From contig JBHGNT010000020.1 in NCBI GenBank assembly GCA_043228905.1, positions 1-64,000 of the forward strand: 64,000 bases of DNA, read 5' to 3'. A model generated the notes under the pieces. The model was not told the DNA's origin, did no database searches, and worked only from the letters and a program-made list of their open reading frames with translations. The position numbers and the translations under genes are program-made. This DNA comes from Azolla caroliniana. Taxonomy: Eukaryota; Plantae; Polypodiophyta. Position 1 is the first letter of the stretch. Each line of letters starts with the position of its first letter. Of this stretch, positions 61,701 to 64,000 are shown piece by piece.

Positions 61701-63830
61701 TAGTCGGCCTTCCAAACAAGGCGAACATGGCCCAGGCAGAGGCAAAAGAATGGTATGACGGTACCACGGGAGAGGGTGTGGAGCGAGACACCCTCTCGAC
61801 TTGCAGAGAAAGACAAGCAGAGGAGGAGGTCATGAGCAGAGAAGAGCCCTCCATGCGGATTCTGGAGACTCCGGCAGTCGAACCCGGGTGCCGGCATAAG
61901 ACGGGAGAGATGGAAGGCGCCAGCGAGGAGTCCTGTCACGATGTTAGCGAAGATGGATGGGAAACGGCCTATGAGGAGGTCGAGGTCGGAGCCAGGGAAG
62001 AGAAGAAGAACGGAACGAAAGGTGGCGTCGAGGGGAGCGAAATCGGAAGTCGACCCAACCGGGGATCGAACTGGTCGCCATTTCGATTCGGATGGAGCAC
62101 GATCCGGATGTGGACCATTCGACCAAAAGCGGCCCGAGACACGGAAGACAAGGGAGAGACAGTAGAGCCGATCAACAAGGGCCAGGTTTGGTATGAAGGT
62201 GCCGATACGGGAGAGGGTGCAGGACGAGCCACCCTCTTTTACATGGGGAGAAAGACCGACCAAGTGAAGGTCAGGAATCGGGAAGAAGATGATTGAGGGT
62301 ACGGAACGAGTCCGGCGGGATCGGCATCAGAGCCGAAACTCTGGACATTGGAGAATCAAGCCCAGGCGATGCTTGATCGATCATAGAGCGGATGCTTTCC
62401 ACCGACACCACTAAAAGGGTCGGTGGCCTTGGATGAGTCATCGGGAGCCGTTTCAGAATCGGTACCCCCACATCTCATCTGGAGACTCCGGCAGCCGGCC
62501 CGATAGCCGGTGTGAGACCTAGAGAGATGGAAGATGGAGGCGGGAGCACAACAATAAGGTCGACGATGAGTTCGAGTGAAGAACACAGAAGCAGAAGAAC
62601 AAAGACCGGTCCTATGGGTCACCTCACACCGGGCTAGAGAGTTTGGCGGTTGGCATCGGATCCGACGTAAAACCAAGATATTGACGGTGGCGGCAGGAGA
62701 ACGGGATCCGGTGATGCAGAGAGAGATCGGACAAGCCCGGATGAGAACGGGGAGAGCGGACTTCTGGATAACCGATCCTGAAGGGAGGAGGAAACAGGCC
62801 TATGAAGAGACCGGAACATGGTACATCGGTACCACGGGAGAGGGTGCGGAGTGAGCCACCCTCTCGACATGCGGAGAAGGACAACCCGGGATAGGGTCGG
62901 GAAAGACGAGAGGCCCAAGGAGGATCCTTCACACCAGGCCAGAGACTTCAACAATCGGCCGCGGAGACGACGTAAGACCAAGAGATTGACGGTGGTGGCG
63001 AGGGGACAAGGGCAAAGGCAAGGATGAGGCGATCCTACGATGATCCTCACACCGATCCGGAGACTTCGACAATCGGCCCAAGAGTCGGCGTGAGACCTAG
63101 AGAGAAGGACAGTGGCGGCAGGTGAACGGGATCTGACAAAGCAAGGGCCGAAAGAGCGAAAAGAGGTATAAGACCGGCGACGCGCCCACAGATCGGATAC
63201 GGACCCGATTGGCAGGGGTCAACAGGACGAAGACGGGACGCGCTTGGTACACGAGGCGGTGGCTGAGACATATCGAAGGCCGGAGAAGGATCCTCCACAC
63301 CGAGCTAGAGACTTCGGCGACTGGCATCGGATCCGACATAAGACCAAGATACTAACGGTGGCGGCAAGGGGACGAAGGCCGTAGCAGTAGAGGCACCGAG
63401 CAACCAAGGCGTCGCGAGAACAACGAAGGCTAGGCGGGCCAAAAAGGGCAAGGGTGATCCTTCGTGGGTAGCAGCACGAAAAGCTACCAAGGACACCCAA
63501 GCGGGGAGAGGTGTTTCGAGCTGAAAAGGGCACACCCTGAAGCGGATTGGAAGACGTGCGTGTGGCCATCGATGGACGAAGTAAAGCATGAGTACGGGAC
63601 GGTGTTCGGCAGAGGCGGTGCCGAGCAAGGAAGGTGGAAGACGGCACACGGTGGTGCTGGGTCGGAAACCGGGCGCAAAGAAGGATTGCACAGTTTGGTG
63701 GTCTCAGAAAGAAGGCCGGGGAGGGACCCTCCACACCGGTTCCGGAGACCTCGGCAATTCGACCGCCATGCCAACGTAAGACCGAGGAGAAGGAAGGTGG
63801 CGGCGAGGGGACGAAGGCGATGAACAATGG
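61701..63830. repeat. modular degenerate purine-rich repeat region of unknown origin (probably retroelement interior)
   Basis: recurring modules GGGAGAGGGTG..CACCCTCT (3x) and GAGACTTCGGC..TAAGACCAAG..GGTGGCGGC (about 5-6x). Confidence 0.55.
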
Positions 63831-64000
63831 CACAATGGGGTTTGCTTCTGCTCGGTCTCCTATGCAAGACCCCGCTCCGCGCGACGAGCTCGAGAGCTCC
63901 CTGATCGGCGGCTTGGCAACATATTGTTGTTGTAACTTAACCTACCTTAGTCCGTCTCGAAGCCGGAGTTGTATCTTACTCTTGTACATATATAATGAAG

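Noticed and set aside
63895-64000. Possible PBS/LTR boundary at the right edge
   Set aside because: No convincing TGG/CCA tRNA match and no partner repeat in the window.

Overview
No host gene is recognisable. The window is a nested, decayed pile of LTR retrotransposons typical of a large plant genome. A Tcn1-like chromovirus suggests a non-seed plant such as a fern (inference). Boundaries were reconstructed by eye from LTR ends, PBS, PPT and target-site duplications (TSDs). A Ty1/copia element (C2, 5073-34326) hosts a non-chromovirus Ty3/gypsy element (G2, 7364-31614, TSD AGTGC). G2 hosts a non-coding LTR element (10763-19852, TSD ATGAG), itself hit by a Tork-like copia (14119-19613, TSD TCTCT), and a self-priming Tcn1-like chromovirus (20635-26255, TSD GATAT). 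Further copia, gypsy and solo-LTR fragments fill the rest. Main finding: G2 and the non-coding element have no polypurine tract next to the 3' LTR. Both carry instead a conserved bipartite copy of the tRNA-Arg(UCU) 3' end (T-arm, acceptor strand, CCA), i.e. a second, antisense primer-binding site. This suggests tRNA-primed or tRNA-mimic-primed plus-strand synthesis. tRNA identities and clade names are from recall, not database searches.
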